The notes beneath the pieces were generated by a model. It ran no database searches and had not been told where the DNA came from. It saw only the letters and a program-made list of their open reading frames with translations. Shown here in pieces: positions 16,411-30,959 of a stretch of DNA of 64,000 nt. Each line of letters opens with the position of its first letter. The stretch's first letter is position 1. The position numbers and the translations under genes were made by a program. This DNA comes from Eledone cirrhosa (lineage: Eukaryota): contig CAXHJY010000671.1 of NCBI GenBank assembly GCA_964016885.1, positions 10,651 to 74,650 of the forward strand, read 5' to 3'.

Positions 16411-16985
16411 AACTACTACTACTATTACTACTAGTACTACTACTACTACTACTACAACTACTACTACTACTACTACTACAACAACTACTACTACTACTAC
16501 TACAACAACTACTACTACTACTACTACAACAACAACTACTACTACTACAGACAGATGTAAAGACTTACTCAGATGTTCTGTACAGAAGCAACAATCAATC
16601 CTTTTAACAAAGATGTGAAATACTTTTGCTGTGTCCAGACTTCCTCAACCCTGACAATCTCTTTAATATATTTAATATACTACCACTATAAATACTACCA
16701 CCACCACCACCACCACTACCAACAATACTACTACCACTACCACCAATACTACCACTACTACCAATACTGCCACTACCACCAACACGAACAACAACACCAC
16801 CAGCTCCAACACAAATGCCAACACTAACAACACCAACACTACCACCAACCACTACCAACACCACCACCAACATTGCTGACACCACCACCAGCACTACCAC
16901 CACCACCACCACCACCATCACCAATACAAACAATACCACTACCACCACCACCACCACCAACACTACCTCCACTGCCAATACCAAC

Positions 16986-17016
<31 letters not shown>

Positions 17017-17367
17017 CCATCACCACTACCACCACCACCACCACCAATACCATCATGAGGGTGTACACGTGTGCATGTGTGTGAGTGTGTGTGTGAGTGT
17101 GTGTCTAAGCCTGTAAGTTTATTCAGTGACTCAACAGTAATAGTAATAATATATATAATTGACATTAATAAAAAATATTGATAGGGACTATAATGAGAGT
17201 GACCTCCCCTGATTCCATTCATTAAGTGTACCTACTTTTGTTTCATTGATAATATTTTATGTTAATTATCTGTTAGCTCACATATGACGTTGGCACTTTA
17301 ATACTACTACAGCTACTACTACTGCTGCAACTACTACTAGTAGCTCTACTAAAATTGATACGATCAT

Positions 17368-17443
<76 letters not shown>

Positions 17444-17496
17444 GTTGCTGCTGCTGCAGCTGATACTACTACTACTGCTACTAGTACTACTACTGG

Positions 17497-17567
<71 letters not shown>

Positions 17568-17673
17568 TTACTACTACTACTACTGATACGACTACTACTA
17601 TTACTATTACTACTAATACTACTACTACTACTGATACTATAACTACTACTACTGCTATTATTATTACTGACAC

Positions 17674-17763
<90 letters not shown>

Positions 17764-17785
17764 AAGGAGTAGTATTTGTTCTACT

Positions 17786-17816
<31 letters not shown>

Positions 17817-17820
17817 TTAC
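13598..17820. repeat. Trinucleotide array complex (GTT, AGT, CAC, ACT) with orientation switches
   Basis: Visible runs, interrupted by duplicated unique blocks at ~15100, ~16548 and ~17050. Confidence 0.9.
15100..15432 (+). repeat. Local duplication unit (paralog at ~17053-17315)
   Basis: Shared gtctaagcc...gactcaacagtaatagt...attaataaaaaatattgatagggactataatgagagtgacctcccctgatt...gataatattttatgttaa. Confidence 0.85.
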
Positions 17821-17869
17821 ACGCATAATATCACCATCATCATCATAAACATCAGAATGGTCAACCTTA

Positions 17870-18974
17870 TTGTCTTCTTCTTCTTCTACTTCTTCTTTCT
17901 TGTTGTTGTTGCTGTTGTTGTTGTTCTTCTTCTTCTTCTCCTTCTTCTTCTTCTTCATCTCCTTCTTTTTCTTCTTCTTTTTCTTCTTCTTTTTCTTCTT
18001 CTTGTTCTCCACCTTCTATTTCTTCTTCTTCTTCCCCTTCTTCTTCCTTTTCTTCTTTTTCTTCGTCTTCTTCTATTCCTTCTTCTTCTTTTTCTTCTTC
18101 TCCTCCTTCTTCTTCTTCTTCTTTTTCTTCCTCTTCTTCTTCTACTTATTTCTGTTCTTCTTCACCTTCTTCTTCTTTTCTTCTTCTTTTCTTTTTCTTC
18201 TTCTTTTTCTTCTTATTTTTCTCCTTCTTCTTCTTCTTCTTCTTCTTCATCTACTTCTTCTTCTTCTCCTCCTTCTTCTTCTTCTTCTTCTCCTTCTTTT
18301 ATTCTTCTTCTCCTTCTTCTTCTTCTTTATATTCTTCTTCTTCTTCGTCTTCGTCTTCTTCTTCTCCTTCTTTTTCTTCTTCTTGTTCTCCACCTTCTAT
18401 TTCTTCTTCTTCCCCTGCTCCTTCTTCTTTTTCTTCTTTTTTTTCGCCTTCTTCTATTCCTTCTTCTTCTTCAAATGCTTTCTTCTTCTTTTTCTTTTTT
18501 CTACTTCTCCTTCTTCTTATTATTATTATTATCCTTCTTCTTCTTTTTCTTCTTTTTCTTCTTCTTCTTCACTTCTATTTCTCTTTCTTCTCATTATTAT
18601 TATTAACATTGCTAATATTATTATGATTACATGTTATTGTTGTTGTTGTTGTTGTTGTTGTATTAGAATTGAAGTTTTGGTTGTAGTCTGGAAAAAACAT
18701 AATCCAATCTAACCCCCACCCACCCCCGGCACACCCCTTCCAGGGTTTCTTTTTTACACAGGAAAACATCTGTTCATTCCTTAAACCTACTCTACAGTTC
18801 ATTGGAAATGGAATCTGCTTTAACAATAACAACAACAACAACAACAGCAACATGAAGAAGAAGAAGAAGAAGAAGAAGAAGAAGAAGAAGAAGAAGAAGA
18901 AGAAGAAGAAGAAGAAGAAGAAGAAGAAGAAGAAGAAGAAGAAGAAGAAGAAGAAGAAGAAGAAGAAGAAGAAG

Positions 18975-19017
<43 letters not shown>

Positions 19018-19167
19018 GCAACATGAAGAAGAAGAAGAAGAAGAAGAAGAAGAAGAAGAAGAAGAAGAAGAAGAAGAAGAAGAAGAAGAAGAAGAAGAAG
19101 AAGAAAAAGAAGAAGAAGAAGAAGAAGAAGAAGAAGAAGAAGAACAACAACAACAACAACAACAACA

Positions 19168-19214
<47 letters not shown>

Positions 19215-19215
19215 C
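17870..19215. repeat. (TTC)n low-complexity block and duplicated (GAA)n(CAA)n block
   Basis: cagcaacatg(aag)n(aac)n occurs twice; cttgttctccaccttctatttc occurs at ~18001 and ~18382. Confidence 0.9.
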
Positions 19216-19325
19216 TACAACACCAACAACAACACCAATAACAACACCACGAACAAGGTCTTAAGAAATAAAAAAAACCAAGCTGTTTAGTGAATTTACA
19301 GAACAGACAAAAGGCCCTTTCTAAA

Positions 19326-20063
19326 CTTTATATACACATATCTTTATATACACATATCTTTATATACACAAATCTTTATATACACATATCTTTATATACA
19401 CATATCTTTATATACACAAATCTTTATATACACATATCTTTATATACACAAATCTTTATATACACAAATCTTTATATACACATATCTTTATATACACATA
19501 TCTTTGTATACACATATCTTTATATACACATTTCTTTATATACACAAATCTTTATATACACATATCTTTATATACACATATCTTTATATACACATATCTT
19601 TATATACACAAATCTTTATATACACATATCTTTATATACACAAATCTTTATATACACAAATCTTTATATACACAAATCTTTATATACACATATCTTTATA
19701 TACACATATCTTTATATACACATATCTTTATATACACATATATTTATATACACATATCTTTATATACACAAATCTTTATATACACATATCTTTATATACA
19801 CATATCTTTATATACACATATCTTTATATACATATATCTTTATATACACATATCTTTATATACACATATCTTTATATACACAAATCTTTATATACACAAA
19901 TCTTTATATACACATATCTTTATATACACATATCTTTATATACACAAATCTTTATATACACATATCTTTATATACACATATCTTTATATACACATATCTT
20001 TATATACACATATCTTTATATACACATATCTTTATATACACATATCTTTATATACACAAATCT
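19326..20063. repeat. 16-bp minisatellite (CTTTATATACACA[T/A]AT), ~46 copies
   Basis: Exact 16-nt period over ~738 bp with two main unit variants. Confidence 0.95.
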
Positions 20064-20228
20064 AACATCTAAGCATCTTGATTTTCTTTGTAAACATAAC
20101 ATGGGAACGTGTAGATAGGAACAGGTATATCGTAGTCACATATCACAGTAATTAGAAACCTATGTGTATGTGTACGTGTGGATATATATATACGTGTGTG
20201 TGTATATGTGTGTGACCATATATACGTA

Positions 20229-20294
<66 letters not shown>

Positions 20295-20401
20295 TATGTA
20301 CCTATGTACTTTTATATACATATATATATACTTAGTTATATCTATACATTTATATATATATATGTATATATATATATACGTGTGTGTATATATATATATA
20401 A

Positions 20402-20502
<101 letters not shown>

Positions 20503-21132
20503 TTTATACATATATACATAAATATACTTTTATATACTTATATATACTTATATATACTTATATATATATATATATATATATATATACGTTTCAATGGAAA
20601 AACTAACCTCTTTCAATCCAAAACCATATTTATTCTCTACTTCTCCACACTTACACGTGTTTCGAAAGAGATGTTCATCCCCGCCCCCTTTTTTTCCTTT
20701 TCTTTTTTTTTTTCAATATTGGGGAACATTTCCTTCAATCTGTGTCTATATATAGGCGTAGCCATAGAGGTGTCCGTGCACATTCTTTCTCCTCGGAGAG
20801 GTTTGCCTTTAGCAGGAATAATCGACCTAAAATATACATCACAAGCACACAGTAACTTATAAAGAAAATTTAAGAGTTTTTCCAAGTGATTCCTAAGGTG
20901 ATAATGAAGCAAGCCATCCTATATGGAAATCTTTACACGTATTTCTGTGTAGAGTTGCAAAAGGTCTATGCTTATATACGTACATACATGTGATTAGGCT
21001 GTCATACATGGATGTATACATCCGTATATGTATGCATACATAAATGCATATATGCATATAAACATACATGAAGGCAGACAAACAAGCGTACATACGTACA
21101 TACATGCATACATAGATGCATACATACATGCA

Positions 21133-21745
21133 TGGTGGCTGCCAACTCGTTTTCGAGTACGGCCACTACTTTATATCCATGTAGGAGAACCCCTACTGAT
21201 GCGCTGAACGAGTGTGACTTTTTAGTCCAGCCAGCGACTTGAAAGCTCTGGTACAAACACTACACTTGTGACAATTATTGACACATAGTGCTGGGCCCAT
21301 GGTACCATGTGACGACAAATGCAGAGAGATCTCCAGATATAAAGCAATGCCTGTGCCGTGAAGCTTTTATAGTGAGCAAAGGCACTGCACAAAGCCAGTC
21401 CCACTCTCTTAACCAAGATGATATTTACCAAAAAGAAGAACAAGTCAACATCATTGGATACCATCAGGGTTGCAGGTGTTATATCAGAGTTTTCCTTCTC
21501 CTAGAATTCTGCCTTGACAAAGGCTAAGGGGTCATCTCTCCCGGTGATTTTGGATGGCCATTGACTCTTAAGAGCTCCTTTGCCTTTTGACAGGTTTTGT
21601 TTTTAGTCCTGCAGGATGTCCAAAGTCACCCTCCTCACCAAGAAACCTTGGTGGGGTTGCCAGTTTAGTCGCCAACGACCCGACCATGGGACAGGTTGTA
21701 CTGGAATACATGTTACCAGTAGCACCAACTGGTGACCTGACAATC
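21133..21745 (-). mobile_element. ~600-bp retroposon, copy 2 (longest)
   Basis: Reverse complement of 2985-3583. Candidate TSD acatacatgcat at 21122-21133 and 21746-21757 (low complexity). Confidence 0.8.
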
Positions 21746-22178
21746 ACATACATGCATACATATATAAATACATACATAAATACATACATATATACATATA
21801 TGCGTACATACATAAATACATACATGCATATATATATATATATATATATATAAATACACACGTACATTCATAAATATATACATACATTCAGAAATACATA
21901 CATACATACATATATTCATCCATCCATCCATACATACATACATACATACATACAGACATACACACGTAAAAGTAAACATACATACATCTATACATGCATA
22001 CATACATATATGCATACATATATACATACATAAATACATACATAAATGTATACATACATACTTACATACATACATATATACATACATACAAACATACATA
22101 CATACATATATACATTCTTCCATCTATCTGTACATACATACACACATACATACATACACACATACATACATACATACA

Positions 22179-22212
<34 letters not shown>

Positions 22213-22314
22213 CATTCTTCCATCTATCTGTACATACATACACACATACATACATACATACATTCTTCCATCTATCTGTACATACATACACACATACATA
22301 CATACATACATACA

Positions 22315-22348
<34 letters not shown>

Positions 22349-22672
22349 CATTCTTCCATCTATCTGTACATACACACATACACACATACATACATACATA
22401 CACACATACATACATACATACATACATACATACATACATACATACATACACACATACATACACACATACATACATACATACATACATACATACATACATA
22501 CACACATAAACACATCTTCGGATAAACACCATATTGTTATATAAGCCTACAGCCCCGCCGCCGCCGCCACTATTTTAGAAGCCAGATCAAAGATTATACA
22601 CATGACGTCACTGACAAAACAGTGGGGTTATATTTATCCGAAAATATTGCTCATACACACGCGCGCGCACCC

Positions 22673-22742
<70 letters not shown>

Positions 22743-22770
22743 AATATCTTTGTGTGTGTGTGTACGTTTG

Positions 22771-22845
<75 letters not shown>

Positions 22846-22938
22846 GTATGTATATGTTATAGCTATATATCTACATACATATTCAGTAGTTATGCAAATC
22901 AAGACCACAAACTCACATAGAAGACATAATACATGCAC

Positions 22939-23002
<64 letters not shown>

Positions 23003-23008
23003 AATATA

Positions 23009-23055
<47 letters not shown>

Positions 23056-23203
23056 CTGTGTATGTGTGTGTGTATATGTATGTATGGACGTATGTATGTG
23101 TGTATGTGTGTATGTATATATGTATATACGCACATCACATATGCACAAACATACGCTTGCGTATCTGAATCTTCTGATAAACATATTATTATAATGGTAG
23201 GCA

Positions 23204-23336
23204 GACAGATGTAAAGACTTACTCAGATGTTCTGTACAGAAGCAACGATCAATCCTTTTTACAAAGACGTGAAATACTTTTGCTGTGTCCTGACTCCCCC
23301 CACCCTGATAATCTCTTTAATATCTTTAATATACTA
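23204..23336. repeat. Unique-looking block duplicated at 16548-16682
   Basis: acagatgtaaagacttactcagatgttctgtacagaagcaac...ctctttaatat.tttaatatacta present at both sites. Confidence 0.85.
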
Positions 23337-23446
23337 AATCCTCTTCTTTTTGACCATCCTTCTGTTACTTAGCTCGCTTGAAATAGCATTTCTAGTATAA
23401 ATACATACATAGAGACATTAATATCTATTTAACCACATATGATATG

Positions 23447-23482
<36 letters not shown>

Positions 23483-23484
23483 AA

Positions 23485-23579
<95 letters not shown>

Positions 23580-23613
23580 TATATATACAGATATATATAT
23601 ACAGAGATATATA

Positions 23614-23713
<100 letters not shown>

Positions 23714-23891
23714 CATATATACAGATATATAGATATATATATGTATATAAATTTATATGCATGTATGTATATGGATATAGAGATATAGATACCACCAAGA
23801 ACTTGCCTGATTCGATGAAGACATACACACACAGACACACACACAAACAGATATATATACACACACACACAAACACACACACATATATATA

Positions 23892-23954
<63 letters not shown>

Positions 23955-24572
23955 GTTTGTGTGTGTGTGTCTGTGTGTATGTGTGTATGTCTTCATCGAA
24001 TCAGGCAAACTCTTGGTGGTATTGATGACAGTTTAAATGGAAAGTCCATATCTGGTCTACATTATTTATAAATTGTTTAAAGGTTGAAGATACAGTCATG
24101 GGAGAAAATTGAATAAATGCGATATGTCTTACGTCGAAATAACCGTTAAGAAACTGCAAATCCACATTAAAGAATACGTTCATACAAATGCTTCGTGCAA
24201 TAAATTCCATCTCTAGATATATCATATTATGGATACTACGCTAACTACCAAAGCTGCGCAGCGGAATATTAGAAACCTGAGGATTAAAGAGTTTATCCTT
24301 ATTAATAATTTATATCATCCATCAATAACAGACAAGAATGGATCGACGATAGTAGCTAAATATAACATTAATAATGTGTGCATATCACGCCGATGATTCC
24401 TACATATAGGTAAAGGTCAGATATAAGGTGGTCCTCCATGTTTGTTGGTCTAGATGGAGAATAATATAATCTGATATATTGAAAGAGGACAGGAATGACT
24501 TCACTGGTGAATGGTGTGCTTTAATAATCAAGGGAAGTAATTCTTCACTTTTTTCAAATGCCTATACATGTA

Positions 24573-24654
<82 letters not shown>

Positions 24655-24655
<1 letters not shown>

Positions 24656-24856
24656 TTAGCGAGAATCGCATTTCGGCGGGTAGAAATTAGCAAAACGCAA
24701 CCTCCGTATTGTGCAGCCAAGCGCTCCATGGATATGAAGATACCAGAGCTATAAACATAAGTTTAAAAGGTCATACAAACAGAGACGATGGTTAAGAAGC
24801 CATTAACCACCAGAGCCAAAAAAGAGAACAAGCTAAAGGGGTCAAACAAAATAAGA
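24655..24856 (-). repeat. Family G copy 3
   Basis: Diverged reverse complement of 11913-12125 (gcgagaatcgcatttcggc...ccagagctataaacata); flanked by (TA)n. Confidence 0.65.
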
Positions 24857-24895
24857 TATGATTGAAATAGTTATATATATATATATATATATATA

Positions 24896-25095
24896 ACGAA
24901 GGAAGTGTGGTAAGGAACCAGGTGGACCATAACGCACCAGAGTACTCGATACTTTGGGTACTAGAGTGGCTAATAGGAAAAGGTTCAGGACCCCGACGGC
25001 AGAGCTCAAACCGTTTCGACAGTTATTTCTGGACGCAGAAATAGCCGTCGAAACGGCTTGAGCTCTGCCGTCGGGATCCTGAACATTTTCCTATA
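24896..25095. mobile_element. Family B PLE-like fold-back element
   Basis: Imperfect palindrome ~24974-25095 with GAAACGGC-ttgagctct-GCCGTC (one arm slightly mutated), plus a tail homologous to 43585-43663 inverted. Confidence 0.75.
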
Positions 25096-25294
25096 TATAG
25101 AGAGAGAGAGGCGGGAGAGATAGATAGAGAGAGAGAGGCGGGAGAGAGAGAGAGAGAGGGGGGGGGAGATTATAAAAATCTCAGCCGTCGGGTCCCTAAT
25201 CTTTATAATATCACCTTATTAAGTACTCTGTTGAGTAATGGTCTAACTAGTTTTAAATTGGTACTAGCCTGATATATATATATATTTAATAAAT

Positions 25295-25702
25295 ATATTT
25301 ATTAAAATAACAGATTAAAGTTTAAGCAAAGAATCGCTGCTTTCACCCTTAACGGGATCTTCTGAAACTAACAAAGTCAATCTGTAAACGCAGTACTGGA
25401 TATTTCAAAAAACGTTGCAACCGGAGGAAGACAGGAAGACGATACTTTGGTTCATGGTGACGTTCGCCGTCTTCCTGTCTTCCTCCGGTTGCAACGTTTT
25501 TTGAAATATCCAGTACTGCGTTTACAGATTGACTTTGTTAGTTTCAGAAGATCCCGTTAAGGGTGAAAGCAGCGATTCTTTGCTTAAACTTTAATCTGTT
25601 ATTTTAATAAATATTTGCTCTTCGGTTCTTATATATTTGATATATATTTTCCTTATCGAGCCCTCTTTGGATTTTAGTCTTCAATTTTATTATTATTACT
25701 AT
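25295..25702. mobile_element. Family C fold-back element: 147-bp inverted arms, 26-nt loop, 3' tail
   Basis: Arms 25295-25441 and 25468-25614 are reverse complements; the tail to 25702 is shared with 9414-9510. Confidence 0.85.
25524..25599 (+). ncRNA. Type-I hammerhead-like motif, family C, variant core CAGAAGA (mirror copy on minus strand, 25310-25385)
   Basis: acagattga-ctttgtt-agttt CAGAAGA t-ccc-gttaa-ggg-t GAAA gca-gcgattctt-tgc TT aaact-ttaatctgt. All three stems and a stem I bulge form; core position 4 is A instead of U. Confidence 0.6.
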
Positions 25703-25705
25703 TTA

Positions 25706-25758
<53 letters not shown>

Positions 25759-25775
25759 TCTGTGGTTAATGGCTT

Positions 25776-25808
<33 letters not shown>

Positions 25809-26125
25809 TGATAGATAGATATTGGTATCTCCTGATAAGTGGTCGTGTGTTTCAAGTTCGTACATTTAAGATATAATGTGTGATGTTCTCAACAGTGAAA
25901 GACAGAAAGATGGAATCATTAAAGAGATATTCTGAATATACAGTATACAGACGGAGAGAGCCGAAAGTTAAAAAAAACGGAAATTTACGAATTTGGCCGA
26001 AAAGTCGATAAATCACTTAAGGTCCATTTTCTGTAAAATAGGTTATGTATAAATTTATATGAACACGCAAACACACATTCACACACATACACATACACAC
26101 ACGTAGGTGTACATATAAAGATGCA

Positions 26126-26662
26126 TGGTGGCTGCCAACTCGTTTTCGAGTACGGCCACTACTTTATATCCTTGTAAGAGAACCCCTACCGATGCGCTAA
26201 ACGAGTGTGACTTTTTAGTCCAGCCAGCGACTTGAAAACTCTGGTACAAACACTACACTTGTGACAATTATTGACACATAGTGCTGGGCCCATGGTACCA
26301 TATGACGACAAGTGCAGAGCGATCTCCAGATATAAAGCAATGCCTATGCCGTGAAGCTTTTATAGTGAGCAAAGGCACTGCACAAAGCCAGTCCCACTCT
26401 CTTAACCAAGATGAAGAACAAGTCAACATCATTGGATACCATCAGGGTTGCAGGTGTTATATCAGAGTTTTTCTTCTCCCGGTAATTTTGGATGGCCATT
26501 GACTCTTAAGAGCTCCTTTGCCCTTTGACAGGTTTTGTTTTTAGTCCTGCAGGATGTCCAAAGTCACCCTCCTCACCAAGAAACCTTGGTGGGGTTGCCA
26601 GTTTAGTCGCCAACGACCCGACCATGAGACAGCTTGTACTGGGATACATGTTACCAGTAGCA
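26126..26662 (-). mobile_element. ~600-bp retroposon, copy 3 with two internal deletions
   Basis: Homologous to copy 2; candidate TSD agatgcat at 26119-26126 and 26664-26671. Confidence 0.8.
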
Positions 26663-26731
26663 GAGATGCATACAAAGATGCATACATACATATATACATA
26701 CATACATACATGCATGCCTACATACGTAGGC

Positions 26732-26801
<70 letters not shown>

Positions 26802-26809
26802 TGTAAGAA

Positions 26810-27662
26810 GTGTCTGTGTGTGTGTGAACGTCTATGTATGTCTCTGTGTATGTGCCAGTGTCTTTGGGTATGTGTCTCTGTGTATGTGTCTCTGTGTGTC
26901 TCTGTGTCTCTATGTATCTCTGTGTCTGTGTGTCTATGTTTCTCTGTATATGTACGTGTCTCTGTGACTCTGTCTCTGTGTATGTGTCTCTGTGTGTCTA
27001 TGTATCTCTGTGTCTGTGTGTCTATGTGTCTCTGTATATGTACGTGTCTCTGTGACTCTGTCTCTGTGTATGTGTCTCTGTGTGTCTCTGTGTCTCTATG
27101 TATATCTGTGTCTGTGTGTCTATGTGTCTCTGTCTCTGTGTATGTATCTGTGTGTCTCTGTGTGTCTCTATGTGTCTATGTATGTCTATGTGTATGTGTC
27201 TCTATCTGTGTATGTGTCTCTGTGTGTCTCTGTGTGTCTATGTATGTGTGTGTGTATGTGTCTCTGTGTCTCTGTATGTGTCTGTGTATGTGTCTCTGTG
27301 TCTATGTATGTGTGTGTGTATGTGTCTCTGTGTGTCTCTGTATGTGTGTGTGTGTCTCTGTGTCTCTGTATGTGTGTGTGTATGTGTCTCTGTGTGTCTC
27401 TGTGTGTCTCTGTATGTGTGTGTGTGTCTCTGTGTCTCTGTATGTGTGTGTGTATGTGTCTCTGTGTGTCTCTGTGTGTCTCTGTGTGTCTCTGTGTGTC
27501 TCTGTATGTGTGTGTGTGTCTCTGTGTCTCTGTATGTGTGTGTGTGTGTGTGTGTGTCTCTGTGTGTCTCTCTGTGTCTCTGTATGTGTGTGTGTATGTG
27601 TGTATGTGTCTCTGTGTGTCTCTGTATGTCTCTCTGTGTCTCTGTATGTATGTGTGTGTGTG
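26810..27662. repeat. (TG/TC)-derived cryptic satellite
   Basis: Reiterated tgtgtctctgtgtatg units. Confidence 0.9.
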
Positions 27663-27889
27663 TAGTAGGCATGCTCCAGTATATAGATGGCGGTATTGAT
27701 CAAAGAAAGAAGAGGTATGTTCATGATAATGGATAATTATTCACATAACAATGAATAAAGATCGATAACGAATAAAGCTAAATATACAACATACAGCACT
27801 GTGTCGTTGTCATCAGATATTGGAAGTGTGTGTGTGATAGATACATGTGTGTACGTGTGTGTGATAGATACGTGTGTGTGCTTGTGTTT

Positions 27890-27996
27890 GTGTGTTGAAG
27901 ATGGATGCTTCTAAGGAGTATATATATATATGTGTGTGTGTTGTATGTTGTATATGTGTATATATATGTGTGTATGTGTGTTAAAGGGTGTATATT

Positions 27997-28089
<93 letters not shown>

Positions 28090-28143
28090 TAGATACGTGT
28101 GTGTGCGTGTGTATGTGTGTTGAAGATGGATGCTTCTAAGGAG

Positions 28144-28178
<35 letters not shown>

Positions 28179-28251
28179 TGTATGTTGTATATGTGTATAT
28201 ATATATATGTGTGTATGTGTGTTAAAGGAGGGGGCTTCTAGGGTGTATATT

Positions 28252-28331
<80 letters not shown>

Positions 28332-28396
28332 TGCGTGTGTGTGCGTGTGTGTGCGTGTGTGTGCTTGTGTGTGTGTTTTGAAGATGGGTGCTTCTA

Positions 28397-28453
<57 letters not shown>

Positions 28454-28790
28454 TATATGCGTTATATGTGTGGCAGGGGTGTTAAAAGTGGATGCTTCTA
28501 GGCAGTATTATATATATATATATATATATATGCTTGTATGTATGTATGTATGTATGTATGTATGTATGTATGTGTGTGTGTTAGAGAGTGTGTTAAAGAT
28601 GGATGCTTCTAAGGCGTGTGTATATAAGTATATGTGTTTCTGTGTTGTGTGTGTGCGTGTTAGAGAGTGTGTTAAAGGTTGATGCTACTAAGTTTTATGT
28701 ACTTATGTCTGTGTGTGTGTGTGTATGTGTGTGTCTGTGTGTGTGTGTATCTGTTAAAGGTGGATATTTCTAAGTAGTACGTATGTATAT
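27890..28790 (+). repeat. Diverged tandem array with core gtt(g/a)aagatggatgcttctaag separated by microsatellites
   Basis: About 8 cores near 27894, 28120, 28221, 28376, 28481, 28592, 28671 and 28753. Confidence 0.8.
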
Positions 28791-28938
28791 GTGTGTAGGT
28801 ATGTATGTGTGAAAGTTTGCTGTCATTTTTGGTGTGTGAGGTTGTGTACATCACTGGTGTATAAATGCGTGTGCCAGTATGTGTGTGTATATGTTAATGG
28901 TGAGTGTTTGTAATGTGACTCTCTCTGTGAATGTGTAA

Positions 28939-29009
<71 letters not shown>

Positions 29010-29155
29010 TATTAATGTCGGGGATTGCATGTAAAGTTTGTGTGCGTCAGTAAGTGAAACAGAGAGAGGGGGCGGGGAGATTCAAAAGAGAGAGAGAGAG
29101 AAAACAAACAGTGAAAGAGAGAGCGCACTCAAAGCGAATGAGAGAGAGAGAGAGA

Positions 29156-29214
<59 letters not shown>

Positions 29215-29541
29215 GAAAGTGAAAGAGAGGGAAAGAAGAAAGCTGAAGATAGTAAGAGAAAAAGCGGCGAAAGAGAGATGGAAGACGGCAAGAAAAAATA
29301 GAGTTAAATAGAAAAGAGAGGAGTTTCCAACAGAACCTACGTTTTTAAGGTGGAGAATTAGAGAAGGAAAGGAGAGACACTGCGTCTCATGAAACGGGGG
29401 GATGGGGGGGACACGAGAGACTTAAAATCGAGAAAGAAAGTTAAAGACGCAGATACAAATGGTTGATGGAAAGAGAGAGATGAGAAGAGACGGGTAGCAG
29501 AGAGAGAATTATAATGAAGATATTGATATCAACATAAAGAT

Positions 29542-29642
<101 letters not shown>

Positions 29643-29711
29643 GTATATATATGTATATATATATATGTATATATATGTATGTATATATATATATATTTAT
29701 ATATATATATA

Positions 29712-29820
<109 letters not shown>

Positions 29821-29874
29821 ATGTATGTATATATATATATATACATATGTATATACATATGTATATATATATAA

Positions 29875-29956
<82 letters not shown>

Positions 29957-30581
29957 AGAGAGAGGGCAGAGACTGAGCTGTAGGCGAGTGTGAGAGAGCG
30001 AGAGAGTATAGAAAAATGAGGTTAGTGATGATGGAGTTGGTGGTGGTAGCAGAGAAATACATAAATGACAGCTGAACGATTCTATATAAAATAGGCATCG
30101 TTTCATGTGACCACATTTTCAAGATCATAGACCAGCATATCACATGACGAGAGCACACAGAGTCAAACACAAAACAAAATGGCAGAAGGAAATAATATAA
30201 CGTTTTCTCTTTGGTCTGCCACTTATATTTTTATGGTATGTCATAATTTCAAACTTCCTTTCGATGTTAGTTATGCATTAAAGACATTTCTTTTTAAATA
30301 TAGTGGGAAATAATGTAATATTGACACATACAGAGACGTAATAGCCCTTAAGTCTAGTATTTATATCTTTACACATCTAACTTTATCACTATATGTGTTT
30401 CTGGTAAGTAGTGAGGGATGGAAGAAGTGAGACAGAGTATAGATGGGGAATGGGTATAGAGAGAGAACTTAGGCTGTGTGCTGACCAATTCTATAGAATA
30501 TCAAACAGCCAGCTAAAATAAAAGTCGTGCTTGCTGGATGGCAGTTCCTAAAGCCAAATTGTTTGTTGTCTAACTGTTTGG

Positions 30582-30657
<76 letters not shown>

Positions 30658-30789
30658 TTATACATATCCATACACATACACTTACACATAAATAAGTCTT
30701 CGTGTGTCTATATGGTCTGTATGTATGTTTGTATGTATACTGTAGCCCTGAAGCTATATATCTACATGTATACAAATGTATGTATGCAT

Positions 30790-30879
<90 letters not shown>

Positions 30880-30959
30880 TACTACATCTATTACTACATC
30901 TTTAGTATGGTCGATTATATTACCAATTCTGAGAAGAAATTTTTAACCAGCGCATTACA

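Noticed and set aside
15473-16618. 381-aa Thr-rich mucin-like ORF
   Set aside because: (ACT)n array with orientation flips; no signal peptide or splice support.
20646-20745. Minus-strand GAAACACGTGTA with a long stem II-like hairpin
   Set aside because: The upstream core reads cagattga and stem I is weak; at best a decayed relic.
27890-28790. Repeat-spacer pattern resembling CRISPR (also 6596-7180 and 22110-22370)
   Set aside because: Spacers are microsatellites of variable length, repeats are degenerate, there are no cas genes and the context is eukaryotic.
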